NCBI GenBank assembly: GCA_013265495.1
Contig: MU061814.1
Coordinates: 5,893,684 to 5,957,683 of the forward strand
Length of the DNA stretch: 64,000 bases
Direction of reading: 5' to 3'
DNA from: Vicugna vicugna
Taxonomy: Eukaryota
In this document: positions 19,539 through 31,415 of the stretch, one piece after another
How positions within the stretch are numbered: position 1 is the stretch's first letter
Layout of the letters: each line of letters begins with the position of its first letter
Notes under the pieces: model-generated
Database searches by the model: none
Told to the model about the DNA's origin: nothing
What the model saw: only the letters and a program-made list of their open reading frames with translations
Program-made: the position numbers and the translations under genes

Positions 19539-22500
19539 TCACGTGAGGGCGGGGTGGCGGCGCCTGCCAACGGCACCCAGCTTCTCCTGCAGGGTGGCGA
19601 AGTCCGGCCGCTCCTCAGGGCTCCGCTGCCAGCACTGCAGCATGAGCGCATAGACCTCGGCGGGGCAAGCAGCCGGGCGCGGCAGCCGGTACCCTCGCAT
19701 AATCTGCTGCAGAGTCTCCTGGTTGCTCATTCCTGGGGAGGGGGATGAGGGGCTGGGTGGGGGCTGCCTCGCCTCTGCCTGGGGTCACCGTGGAGACCTC
19801 CCCCCAGCCATCGGCCAGACCCTGCCAAGCAGGCAGCCTTGAGGCCTGGAGCCCCTTCCAGGGTCAGTGACCCCCGGGGCAGGGACACCTCTTGCTTCGG
19901 GCTGGCTCCCGCGCTTCCTCCCTCAGACTACGCCTCGCCTCTGGCCTTGAGGCCCACCTTCGTAGGGACACTGGCCGTAGGTGAAGACTTCATAGAGCAG
20001 AACTCCGAAGGACCAGACATCCGACTTCTGGGAGTACAGGCAGTAGTGGGCTGCCTCAGGCGCCGTCCACTTGACAGGGATCTTGGAGCCACTGCTCGGG
20101 GAGTAGATGTCGTCCTGGGTGAGGCAAGACCAGTCAGGCAGTGGGCAGAGTGGCACCCTCCCCTCCCAGCCGCTCGGCCGCCCCACCGTGGTCCACGGCC
20201 AGAGCTCACCCTGACCTTGAGCAGCCGGGCCAGGCCAAAGTCAGCCACCTTGCAGGCCAGGTCGTCGCCCACGAGCACGTTCCTGGCAGCCAGGTCCCGG
20301 TGCACGATGCGCCGCTCCTGCAGGAAGCTCATGCCCTCGGCCACCTGGCAGGCAAAGGTCAGCAGGAGAGGCGGGCTCAGGGCCTGGCCTTCGGGGCCTG
20401 CAGGCAGGGCCGACAGTCAGGGCGCAGGCATCTGCCTGTCACTTCCCTCCATGCGCCAGTCTAAGACGGGGCGGAACAGCACTGCCCACCGAGGCTGCTG
20501 AGGGCTCTGTGCTGCCGCAGTGACCCCACGGGCAGTGGCCACTTGGAGCAGGCGGCTCTGTGGCAGCCTGGCCTGGGTCAAGAAACGGACCAACATTGGG
20601 AGGGGGCGCCCAGGGCTGGGCGGGGCCCCCGCTGACATTGTCCAGGGCTGGTGACATGGAGGCCCGCCCCATCTGCATCCCACCCAGCCCAGAACACAGT
20701 GCCCAGACCCCAGCCCGACCTCGCACGTGGCCAGAGCCCACCACGGCCATCCGAGCCTCAGACGATCGAGCGTCCAGGATAGAGGCCTGGAGCGCAGTCA
20801 AAGGCAGGCACGAGCCCAGGCTGGAGTCCTCGTCCCCTCCGCAGACACTCACTACCCAGGAAGGCCTGCAGGCTGCCCCTGCGCATGAGCTCAGTGACGA
20901 TGTACACTGGCGCGCCCACGGAGCACACCGCATGCAGCCGGATGAGGCGCTGGTGCCTCAGGCTCTTGAGCGTCCGGATCTCCTGGGCGAGATCGGTGAG
21001 CTTCATGTCGGCTGCAGGACAGAGAAGAGCTCCAGGGCCCACCCCTCCCTCCCCTGACCCCCCACCCCAGGCTCCAGGGGCACCACCCCTCCCCCATGCT
21101 CTCCCACCCCAGGCTCTGGGGGGCCCCCGCTCCTCCCCTGTGCCCCCCCACCCCAGGCTCCGGGGGCCCCATCCACCTGGTTTGATGACCTTGATCGCCA
21201 CTGGCACAGAGCCCAGCCACAGGCCTTCCCACACCTCCCCAAAGTAGCCTTCGCCCAGCTTCCTCTGCAGGGTGAACTCAGAACGTGGCCGCTCCCACTC
21301 GTCCTGCTCGGGGGTGGGGGGCACTCAGCACCTCTGCACGTGGCTCCTGGGCAGAGTGGGCACTTCCTCCCAGGGTGCCAGGTCTCCCACCCTCTGCCCC
21401 TGCATCCCAGCTCAACCCTGGTCTTGGGTGGGGTAAGTGGCCCAGCTGCTGACCTCCCCAGGCTTGGCCCTAATTGCTTCCGGACCAAAGTGGCACCTTT
21501 GCTGGCGGTAGGCATCAGCTCACAAACACTCATCACCACCCGTCTTGGCTGTCATTAAGAGACCAGAGGAACCAGATCGCCGCCTGGCCCCTGGCAGGAC
21601 TGCTCGCCCAGGATGGTTGCAGAGACACTGTGGCCCCAGTGCAGGTGTGGCAGGGTCCCTCCCGCATCCCCCACAGCCTCCGCATTGGCCTGGGGCTGCT
21701 GTGGGCGCCTTCCCCAGACTTGTCCCTGCCCTCCTGGTGCTCTACTGCAGAGCTGGGCGGTGGGAGAGGGCACCCTACAGGCCTCTCTCCCTCTATGCCA
21801 GGGATCCCCTGAGATGGTGAGAGCAGACCCAGCCCCAGGGCAAGGCCCCAGCCAGAGTGTGGAGGAGGCAGTGGGACACCTGAGCAGCACCTGGCCCAGG
21901 CCAGGCCAGCCGGATGTGCTCCGGGCAGCATCTCAGGCCTGGCGAGGGGCAGCCTGGCAGGTGGGGGGTCAGTGGGCTTACCTGGGGCACACAGGGCTGG
22001 ATCAGCTGCCAGTGGACCTTGTAATAGGCCAGGAGCTCCTCCAGGCTGGGGAAGAGCTGGTCCTTCTGCAGGTAGAGGCTGCCGTCGGCTGCCATGGAGA
22101 TGCGGTAGTGGTGGACTTTGGCCTGGGCCCGGACTTGGGGGCACAGAGAAGGAGGCTGTGTCTTGGCTGCAGCCCGCCCTAGGCTGTCCCAGCACCCCAA
22201 CCAGATGACCCACCCAACCCTCCTCGGGGCCCGGCTCAGCCCCCGCCTTGCGGCCCTGAGATGACTGCAGCTGCGTGGAGGCCACAGGGGCAGTGGGAGG
22301 GCCGGGGGGTCCCTGCTGACAGTGTGCACAGAGCAGGTGCTCAGTGGATACTCGGGGGACAAACGAGTCCACATGTGGGTGGAGGAGCGGGGGAGCGGCA
22401 GGGTGAGTGAATCGAGGTGAAGGGACCAGTCCAGGGGTGAACGGGTGGGCAAGCACGTGAGTGAGTGGTGACGGGAGAATGGGTGAGTGTGTAAGTGAAG

Positions 22501-25500
22501 AAACACATGCGTGCGGGGGCGGGGGATGGGTTCGCCAGGCCCGTGGTGGCTTAGGGGCTGCCCTGCCTGGGCAGCAGCCACCCAACAGCCGGGGCAGTCA
22601 GCCTGGCGGGAGCTGGGCGCGGGGCCTCAGGGCAGGGACACGGTACCTGACAGCGAGAAGTCCCCATGGCTGCTCTCACTGGGCCGGACGAGGAAGGCGC
22701 CTGGCGCGTTGCCAGGGGACAGGAGCAGCTGCTGGGCCTCAGCCCGGCTGATGCCACTGAAGTACCAGCTGCAAAGGGTGAGCACAGCGGTCCTCACACA
22801 GGCCCCACGTGGGTCCGAGGCCCTGGAGGCCCACCCTGTGCAGATAGCAGAGCCGAGGCCCGAGGCCCTGCAGTCTCTCAGGGAGAAGATGCACACGGTA
22901 CCCGAGGCTGGTGGCCCAACCCAGGGTCTTGCACCTGCCCCAGCCCCCAGGGCTCAGCCTCTGGGGTCGTCAGGGACCAGATGGGAGGACCACTGGGCTG
23001 GCAGAGGAGTGACACAGCCACTAGCAGTGACCTGTGTCAGGTGACTGTCCACCACCTCAGCCATAGGCTCTCCTGCTCGTAAAATGACCATGAGCCCAGG
23101 CCACAGGCTTAACCCACCGAAGTCCAAGGCTGCAGAGTGGAGGACTGCAAAGGGAAGGGGTCCACCAGGGACCAGGGGGCCCTGATGAGCTGCCCCCTGT
23201 GTGGGAGGGGCTGCAGTTGTGGCAAGGAGGACCAGCGCACCACCCGGCTGGACGCAGCCCGCACACCTTGGGAGGCAGACAAGTGAAGTGAGAGAAACAG
23301 GACTCGCCCTGGAGTGGCTGGAGAGGCTGTGGAGAAGCTGGGGGAGGCCAGAAGCATCGCATGTCCGCCCCTGAGGGGCCGTGCCCAGCGCAGGCCCCCG
23401 CCCCCAGCCCTCTGCACACACAGAGGTGCTTCCTCTGTGAAGCCAGGTGTGCTGAGGTGGCTCTGAACACCAGGGCGGCAAGGGCTCCCAGGCACCCACT
23501 CCCCGGTCTGTGTAGGATGCTCAGACACCGGGAGCTCAGATACCTGAGCACAGAACAAGAGCAAGGGCCTGCCTGGGGCTCCCCCATCTGACACCCCATC
23601 CAGGCCGACTGGCTACCTAAGTGCAGCTCCCTGGTTCCACATTCTGGGGAGGAAAATGGAAAAGCCCCTAGCCCCACTCCATGGCCTGTGCCTGCTAGCC
23701 GAGGCCCAGAGTGGGGACCCCACCCCTGAATCAGCAGCTTCCTTCCTGGAGCCTCCTGCTTCTGGATGCCTGCCCCCCGGGGTAGGGGGCACTGCTGCCC
23801 AGGGACAGTTTGGAGAACACAGCCCCTCATCCATCCTGATGGGGGGACGGCAGAGGGATCTGGGGACTGTGGAGGTGGGGCAGCTCTCAGACCACTGTGG
23901 GGTGGGCAGAATCAGCAGGGACCCTGGAGGACCCAAAGCATGATTCAGTAAGTCAACACAAGGTGGGGGTGTCCCCAGACGAGGGGACGAGGTAAGCAAA
24001 GCTGGCTGTCCTGGGCAGGTGGGCACCGCTGGAGCCTGGGGTGAAGTTGGGGCCTGGTAGGACAGGAGCCTGTGCCCACCCTGGGGAGATATGGGGCTAG
24101 GCTGAGGCTGGAGGGAGCGGAAAGCTGGAGACAGGAAGAGGTAGGGCAATGGGGGCGGAGAGGCAGAGGCCTGGGTACATTAGGAGCTAAAATCAGCAGA
24201 CACAAGAGGAAGGGTTAAGAACTTGAGGACGTGGGACCACAGAGACCAGACCTGGCTGGGCAGCAGGCTCGGGGAAAGCCGACACATTTTTGGGTCACTT
24301 TGATTCGGGAGCAGGAGGTGCAGACGTGAGGCCGCTGGGCTTCGTCCACCAAGGGCCTCCACAGCCAGGCCTTGCCCTCCTTCCGGGGTCCTCAAGCCAG
24401 GAGAGCCTCCCCCACCGTGAAGGGGCTACAGGGGCCCTTCCCAGGCCTGCCGTGCTTCCCAGCCCCCAGCCCGCCCCGGACCCACAGCAGGGCCGGGAGC
24501 AGGCTGAGCCTCTGTGCACACCCGACTTCGGCGATGTTCTCAGAGTGGCTCCCCCTGCCCAGCTGACCCAGGGGCTAATGACACTGTGGGTGTAGTCAGC
24601 CCTTTCATCCCAGCAGAGGCAAACAGTCATTAGCTCTTCCTCCCAGCAGCCCCTCCCCTCCCCCCGGAACCCTACCATCACCTCCAGGAGCTGTTCATGG
24701 GATCTGTCCTCCACCTGGAGTGACTGTAGGCCCCTCCGCACCAGAATGGCTGGGCACGGTTGGGGCTAGAGTCCCCTCAGAAGGCACCTTCCTGTGATTC
24801 AGCCTTTCCCCCAGTTGCAAATCCCCCAGGAGACTGTGGGAGCACCGAGGGGCCCCAGGAGGCTGGAGGTAGCTGGAGTGAAGCTGAGAACGGATGCTGA
24901 TCGGCACAGGCCTAGCTTGGTGCGGGACCAGGGGCCCATGTCAGGGCGAGAACTGGGTGGTGGGCCTAGCTTTGCTAGCCCTGTCCACCAACCAGCTTCT
25001 GGCCTCTTCTCAGCCAGTACGTCACCCCTCTGCAGGCTGGGGCCGGGCAGAGGCATCTCCGCCCCGAGGGTTCTCTGGCCGGGGCCCCATCCGCCTGAAG
25101 TCAGGGATTACAGGGCCACGCATCCAGAGGAGACAGGTAGGGGCCACGCCCAGGCTTTGGGTCAAACGCTTGAGGCCCACGTACCATGTCCACAGCCATA
25201 TGGCGGGGCCGTGCTCAGAGCCGGCACACAGCTGTGCCAGGAGGCTACCCTGTCCTGAGTGCAGACCCTGACCCTGGGCAGAGAGGTCACCTCCTCTGAG
25301 GAGCCCTCTGGGAGAGTGCCCCACTCTGCTTCCCTCCATGATCACAGACTGGCATGCAAATAGCCAAGTGTCTGTGCCAGCCGCTCCCTTCCTGTGGACT
25401 GCCCTGGCCCCAGGGGCCTTGAGGACTCGGGGGAAATGGGCAGGTTCCCCCAGCTGTATCCACCCCCCCCCAAACAAGCCTCCTTGGGAGCAATCCCAAA

Positions 25501-26441
25501 GGCCAGGGCCATGCCTGCCCCAAAGCTAGCCCAGCACAGGAGGCGGGGGCACTGCGGGAAGGAGGACAGGTGAGAGGGGCAGGTGAATGCCTCTCTCTGA
25601 CCCACCTTATCACCCCTTCCACCCCGGGGTCACCACCTGACCCCTCACAGCATAAGGACGGCCTCTCCGCTGATTCATGTCCTCACTCTCAGTCAGAACT
25701 GCATCTGAGATCGTGGCCCCTGGCCCTCTAAGCAGTGGCCACTCAGCAAACACTGCTCAGTCCCTGTGTGAGAGCAGGAGGACCTGGCCAGCAGGGCAGG
25801 GCCCTAGAGTGACAACCATGCCGGGTGCCTGGCCAGCAGCACACACACACACCATGCAGCTGACCCCTGGCGCCACCTAGCCACTCCTGCCAGACGGCAT
25901 CCTTGCCACCTTCCCTCCCAGGGGTACCGGGCTCGGCTTGAGGTCACAGGCTGTCTGTGCCCCAAGCCTGTGTGCTTGTTCAGCTCCGAGGGGCAGGGCC
26001 TGGAGGCGTATCCCTGGACGGGCAGCCCCCCGACTCCATCCTGTGATTATTCCCGACTCCCCCGAGCGGTGGTACTCACGGTTGGTCCGAGAACGCCTCA
26101 GGGGTGACCCTGGTCACGCACGTGATGGGCACCAGCCCGGTTCTGGGCGGGCAGGAGAGCCTGCGGGCGAAGATGTAGCCGCCCTGCTCCCTGAGGGCGT
26201 AGAGCCTGTCCCCGCGGCCGACGCTCAGCTCCTCCGCGCTCCGCGCCCTGAACTCGCACAGCACCCTGAAGAGCTGCGCGGGCGCCGGGGGGCTGCAGGG
26301 CTCCGCGGAGGGGGGCTCCACCGCCGCGGGCTCAGGCTCGAGGTCAGCATCGGGGTCCAGGAACCCCGGCGCGCCCGCCGGCCAGATCTTGTCCCAGAAG
26401 AAGGACAGGAAGGTCAGCCGCTTCCTGAGGAAGGGCTCCAT
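19539..26441 (-). CDS. SRMS: Src-related kinase lacking C-terminal regulatory tyrosine and N-terminal myristylation sites, about 484 aa; in frame but with two short deletions
   Basis: Exons 26441-26080, 22768-22647, 22133-21982, 21303-21177 (acceptor inferred), 21011-20853, 20397-20216, 20114-19958, 19732-19539. [21 protein letters not shown] start, [33 protein letters not shown]. Confidence 0.92.
21060..21170. repeat. Imperfect tandem repeat of about 43 bp x3 in SRMS intron 4
   Basis: Core ccaccccaggctc at about 21062, 21104 and 21148. Confidence 0.7.
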
Positions 26442-26930
26442 GCCCCGCGACGCGCCAGGCCCCGCGGGGCACCCCGACGGGACACCAGAGGGGCGGTGGG
26501 ATGGCGAGCGGCGGGGCCTCGCTGCGCGGGGCCTCAGCTGGCGCGCGGTGCTGGGGGACGGTCTCCCCAGGGGCTCCCGGCCAAGCGCTCAGAGCCCCCG
26601 CCCGCTCCCGGCGGTGCGCAGACCAGCGCAGGGGCCCCCAGCCCCGCATACACGACGGCGGCTCCTCTCCCCGGCCTCGAGGGTGTCTCGCGGGCCAGAC
26701 TGGCCCGCGACTGCTCTGATCCGGCTGCGGCTGGGGTGGGAGCCGCCGCAGAAGCGGAGTCGAGGCGGCCTGGAAGAGGGTGTCCCAAAACCGGCGTCGG
26801 GGCGGGGCTACGGGGCGGGGCCTGGTGGGTGGGGTCTCGTGGGCCGTAAAAGGCGGAGTGGGGAAGTCCCTCTGGGGAAGGAGTCGCCAGCGTCTCGGCT
26901 GTGCCAGGGTCACTCTGCCGGTGTGACCTT
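26000..26930. promoter_or_regulatory. CpG island over SRMS exon 1 and promoter
   Basis: High CpG density around the SRMS ATG at 26441; GC boxes at about 26810-26820. Confidence 0.7.
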
Positions 26931-27056
26931 GTAGGACAGTTCTGCAAGGTGTTTCCCTTCGGGGAAACTGGCAAAGGGTACTTGGGATCTGTGCTATTTC
27001 TTACAGCTGCAGATGAATCTACAATTATCTCAAAATGAAAGTTTAATTTTAAAAAA
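26931..27056 (+). mobile_element. Old L1 3' terminus (L1MB/L1MC-like)
   Basis: ggggaaactggcaaagggtacttgggatct...gaatctacaattatctcaaaatgaaagtttaattttaaaaaa resembles ancient L1 3' UTR ends. Confidence 0.7.
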
Positions 27057-27699
27057 TTAGCTGAGGAATGAGAAATGGGGAAAAAAGAAGATCGGAGCTG
27101 CCAGAGGTCCAGGACATGCCTGGCCCAGAGGAGAAAGGAAGGCTGCGCTGCCCCTCCACCCCCTCCCTGTGCGTGGGCCGCAGGTCTGGGGCCTTCCTCC
27201 CACTACTTTTCATTCCCCCCCCCCCACTTTCCAGGTGCCAGGCACCCCTCGACCTTCAGACAGCACCTCCCTTTCCACATAATTCAACTCTTGCCCCTCG
27301 GACCTCTAAGTAACCATAACAATGACAGACCGTAATTACTGAGTAAGCGCCCAGGTCTCTCCTTCCCAGGCCCGACCTGCGGGGGCTTCGACGCTCAGGC
27401 CTGGACCCAGAGGACAGGCTGACTGGGGCTTAGCCTCCTCCCAAGAGTGAGGTCAGTAGGAGGGATGGGGGTGCCGAGGGGAGGCTCTGCCGCGGAACAG
27501 CCTGGGCGGGGAGCCAGGCGCAGACACGCCATGCTGGAAGGGTTCCCGCCACTGACCTCCCAGTAGTTGGAGGCAGAGGCGTCCCTTGCCTTGAGGAGGC
27601 TCCCGGGTCGTGACGCCCCAGGTTCCCAGGGAAGGGAGTCAAGTCTCTGGACGGTTCGTCCAAGCTGAGACCAGGAGGCGGGCCCAGGGCTGAAGATTC

Positions 27700-28040
27700 G
27701 GCTGGGAAGAGAGGTTCCCTCCATCGGGGTCCTGGGACCCGGGACCGCGCGGCGCGCTATCTTGCCGCAGCCCCTCCAGCCACGGGGACCAGGTCCCCAC
27801 GCCTTGGGCTCTCCGCCCACCCTGCCTCCACCCCCGGGAGGGCGGGGCGTCACAGAGGCCGGCGATCCCCATGGCAACCGGCTGGACGCCGAGCGCGCGA
27901 GGCTGGGCGCCGGTGGCTCTGCGCACAGTGGGCGGCACTGCTCGGCGCGCTCCGGGAGGCAGGGCAAGTGGGCGGGCGCGGGGAGGCTGGAGGCTCGAGG
28001 CGGTGGGGAGGCGGGCTGGGGGTGCAGGCGGAGGTGGGCA
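27700..28040 (+). promoter_or_regulatory. CpG island, probable FNDC11 promoter and noncoding exon 1, with RFX X-box-like site
   Basis: CpG-rich; CCATGGCAAC at 27869-27878; GC boxes; candidate donor GAG|gtgggc at 28034. Confidence 0.6.
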
Positions 28041-28419
28041 GGCAGGCGCGAGTGGAAGTTGATTTAGGGGCAGTGGGCTTGGGGTCAGGGGTATGAAGTT
28101 GGAGGTGGAGTAGAATGTAGGTCTGGGAAGGCCCGCCAGGGCAGGCAGCTTCTTTCCCAGAGTTCACCAGCAGCCCCTCGACAGTTTTCCAACTGAGGCC
28201 GCTGGCAAATGAACACACTTCTGTCCCGTAGCCGGATCTGGAGAAAGAGTTCCCTCCAGAGGTGGCCTGAATCTGCCACAGCCTCTGGCCACCATGGGAC
28301 TTGGAGTCCTGGGTCCTAGTCTCTGTTTGCACCTCACCCTGATACCCTCTCTGCAGCACCAAGGCTGGTCTGCCTCTGCCCCAGGAAGTTCAAGGCTGGG
28401 CCTTATGGGGGGACCAGGC

Positions 28420-28610
28420 TGAGTCCCAGCCTCACTTTGCACTTAGCAGTGCAGACTTGGGCGGGTCCCTTAGCCTCTCAGCTCCCATTTGTAATTCATC
28501 CAAACTTCAGGGGATTGGGACAACCTGAGATCTCCCAAGTGAAACCACTGGGTCTGTCTCACTGAGCTTGGAAGTGGCTGGGACCTGGGACAACAGCCAG
28601 GGATGCTGGC
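28420..28610. mobile_element. MIR SINE fragments
   Basis: ctgagtcccagcctcact...gacttgggcgggtcccttagcctctcagctcccatttgtaa resembles the MIR core. Similar weak fragments at about 2200-2270 and 6235-6290. Confidence 0.5.
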
Positions 28611-29509
28611 TCCTTCTCCAAGGAGCCCCAGCCTTGTGGCCATGGCCTGCCAGGCCTGGGGGGTGCACTGGCCCCCTCCCACTGACACACAGAGCTGGGA
28701 ACCCACATGGGGGAGGGTGCAAAAGGAGACCCAGGCTCTGGGGTCCCTGCTGGGCTCAAAGCCCTGACTGAGAGCAAGCAGCAAAGTGTCCTGGCCTCAG
28801 GCACCCGCCCTGTGAGGCAGCGTGATGACACCTCACCACTTAGGGGCCTTTCTCCTGGAGTCAGTGAGCTCTCCAAGTTATACCTGAGACCCCAGGACAC
28901 ACCCTCAGCCATCAGGAGCTGGCACGATTACTCCTCAGAGCTGAGGCCTCGGCCAGCCTGCCCCCCGATCTGGCCCCGTCCCCAGCTGCCTTGTCTCTCA
29001 GAGACCTTGGTCCTCTGCTCTGTGCCTGCAGTGAGGCATGGAGGGTCTGCAGGACAGTGGTGTCCCCCACTGAGGTCTGGTGCTACTCAGACAGGATCAC
29101 ACTGAGTTCTCTCAGCTGCTCCAGAGGGGCACCGCGACCCCATCCAGATGTGGCTGCACCACTGGTCAATGGCTGGGTTCTGCACGGGCTGTTCTGGCCC
29201 CAAGCACAGTCTCAGCCCTGCTCTATGCCATCAGAGCCAACAACCAGTAGTGCTGGCCCCTCAACGTCCACTTGCACCCAGATCTGCAGCCTGCCCGCCT
29301 GGCCCTCCAAGCAGCCTCTTTCCAGAGAGTTGAGCCCTCCTCCCCCGGCCCCCGGGGAGGGCAGAGGGCCCAGCAGTGGGAGGGGAAGTGGGCCTGAAGT
29401 CACCCACACACAAACACTGCCCCCAGCGAGCCCTCAGGTGGGTGGCAGAAGCCGGTACGATGGTTCTAGCTCATGCCCTCCCCCCTCCCCCTTCCCCGGC
29501 TCCCAGACC

Positions 29510-30511
29510 ATGAATTTCCAGGTGACAGGCCTGGGCCTGGACAAAATGAAGCTGGACAGCCCCCAGTCCTTCCTGGACCAGGAGGAGGCAGAGGAGGCTG
29601 AGGACAGGCAGCTGCTGGAGCCCGAGGCCTGGCGGACCTACGTGGAGCGCCGCAACGCTCTGCGTGAGTTCCTGACCTCAGACCTGAGCCCCCAGTTGCT
29701 CAAGCGCCACCATGCCCGCATGGAGCTCCTCAGAAAGTGCTCCTACTACATCGAGATCCTCCCCAAGCCCCTGGCCCTGGGTGACCAGAACCCGCTGGTG
29801 CTGCCCAGTACCGTGTTCCAGCTCATCGACCCCTGGAAGTTCCAGCGCATGAAGAAGGTGGGCACAGCCCAGACCCAGATCCAGCTACTGCTGCTTGGGG
29901 ACCTGCTGGAGCAGCTGGACCACGGCCGCGCTGCGCTGGACTCCCTGCTTGAGTCGCCCGACCCTCGGCCCTTCCTGGCCGGCTGGGGGCTCGTGGAGCG
30001 GCGGCTGGCGGACCTGTCAGCCGTCATGGACAGCTTCCTGGCCATGATGGTGCCGGGGCGTCTGCACATCAAGCACCGCCTGGTGTCCGACGTTGGCGCC
30101 ACCAAGATCCCGCACATCCGGCTCATGTTGAGCACCAAGATGCCCGTCATGTTCGACCGCAAGGAGTCGGTGGCCTACCAGGACTGGGTCAGCCTGCGCT
30201 GGTTCGTCACCATCCAGCCAGCCGTGCCCGAGCAGTTTGAGCTGCGCTTCAAGCTGCTGGACCCACGGACACAGCAGGAGTGCCTGCAGTGCGGCATCAT
30301 CCCCGTGGCCGCCTGCACCTTCGACGTCCGGAACCTGCTGCCCAACCGCTCCTACAGGTTCACCGTCAAGCGGGCCGAGAGCTACACGCTGGTGTACGAG
30401 CCCTGGCGGGACAGCCTCACCCTGCAGACCAGGCCAGGGCCCCCCGAAGGGCCAGCCCCCAGTCGGCTGGGCAAGCCAGGCCTGCCCCTGACCACACCTT
30501 CCGAGAGATGA
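29510..30511 (+). CDS. FNDC11: Fibronectin type III domain-containing protein 11 (C20orf195), single coding exon, 333 aa
   Basis: Acceptor tcccag then [35 protein letters not shown]...[15 protein letters not shown]...[20 protein letters not shown] matches FNDC11. Stop TGA at 30509-30511. Confidence 0.96.
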   Translation: MNFQVTGLGLDKMKLDSPQSFLDQEEAEEAEDRQLLEPEAWRTYVERRNALREFLTSDLSPQLLKRHHARMELLRKCSYYIEILPKPLALGDQNPLVLPSTVFQLIDPWKFQRMKKVGTAQTQIQLLLLGDLLEQLDHGRAALDSLLESPDPRPFLAGWGLVERRLADLSAVMDSFLAMMVPGRLHIKHRLVSDVGATKIPHIRLMLSTKMPVMFDRKESVAYQDWVSLRWFVTIQPAVPEQFELRFKLLDPRTQQECLQCGIIPVAACTFDVRNLLPNRSYRFTVKRAESYTLVYEPWRDSLTLQTRPGPPEGPAPSRLGKPGLPLTTPSER

Positions 30512-30531
30512 TTTTCTGATATTTATCCACT

Positions 30532-30549
30532 AATAAAGAGGAAAATAAA
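30532..30549 (+). terminator. FNDC11 polyadenylation signals (two AATAAA)
   Basis: AATAAA at 30532-30537 and 30544-30549, giving a very short 3' UTR. Confidence 0.8.
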
Positions 30550-30929
30550 CACATGCACACAATGAGAGAGACCAACCTGCTCAAGCTTGAAAGGCGGCAG
30601 CAGCTGTGAGCGTTTTTCCTGACCCAACCCAGCCCACCCTCAAGCCCCAGGCCTCCAGCTCCTGCACCTTTTCCAGGGAGAGCCCCGGCCAGTCTTTCCA
30701 GGACACTGACCCCTGGAGCGAGAAGCTTCAGCCCAGCATGTGGCTGCCCCGAGGGCTCCACCTCTGGGCCCCAGCCCCTCCCACATCTCCCCCACCCACC
30801 CCCTCCATGACCAGCTGTGGGCCCAGCACAGGCTCCGCTCTTTCCCGCCTCCTGGGCTGGGATTCCCCAAGGGAAGACAATACCCCCAGGCCCTGCCCAG
30901 GCCCCACTGGGGGCCGTCACCGCCCTGTT

Positions 30930-31415
30930 ACCACCGCCCCAGTTCCACCGCCCCCAGTACCACCGCCCCCAGTTCCACTGCCCCCAGTTCCACCGCCCAC
31001 AGTACCTCTGCCCCAGTACCACCGCCCCCAGTACNNNNNNNNNNNNNNNNNNNNNNNNNNNNNNNNNNNNNNNNNNNNNNNNNNNNNNNNNNNNNNNNNN
31101 NNNNNNNNNNNNNNNNNNNNNNNNNNNNNNNNNNNNNNNNNNNNNNNNNNNNNNNNNNNNNNNNNNNNNNNNNNNNNNNNNNNNNNNNNNNNNNNNNNNN
31201 NNNNNNNNNNNNNNNNNNNNNNNNNNNNNNNNNNNNNNNNNNNNNNNNNNNNNNNNNNNNNNNNNNNNNNNNNNNNNNNNNNNNNNNNNNNNNNNNNNNN
31301 NNNNNNNNNNNNNNNNNNNNNNNNNNNNNNNNNNNNNNNNNNNNNNNNNNNNNNNNNNNNNNNNNNNNNNNNCCACCGCCCCCAGTACCACCGCCCCAGT
31401 ACCACCGCCCCCAGC
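30930..31415. repeat. 15-bp minisatellite (CCACCGCCCCCAGTA/TT) spanning an assembly gap
   Basis: At least 6 units left of the gap and 3 right of it. Confidence 0.92.
31035..31372. other. Assembly gap (338 N)
   Basis: Run of n characters inside the minisatellite. Confidence 1.

Noticed and set aside
19539-23100. Second kinase as a novel PTK6 duplicate
   Set aside because: It is SRMS, the known neighbour of PTK6. Its exon 1 is at 26441-26080 and exon phases match.
27961-27969. GC-AG donor (agg|gcaagt) for FNDC11 exon 1
   Set aside because: A canonical GT donor exists at 28034, and the two cannot be distinguished without transcript data.
28991-29509. 173-codon open N-terminal extension of FNDC11 (the 506-aa ORF in the track)
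   Set aside because: It starts at TTG, is low-complexity Pro/Ser/Gly, and lies upstream of a clear splice acceptor just before the conserved ATG. It is intronic and open by chance in GC-rich DNA.
30930-31415. Possible CRISPR-like array
   Set aside because: Head-to-tail repeats with no unique spacers, in a mammalian genome.
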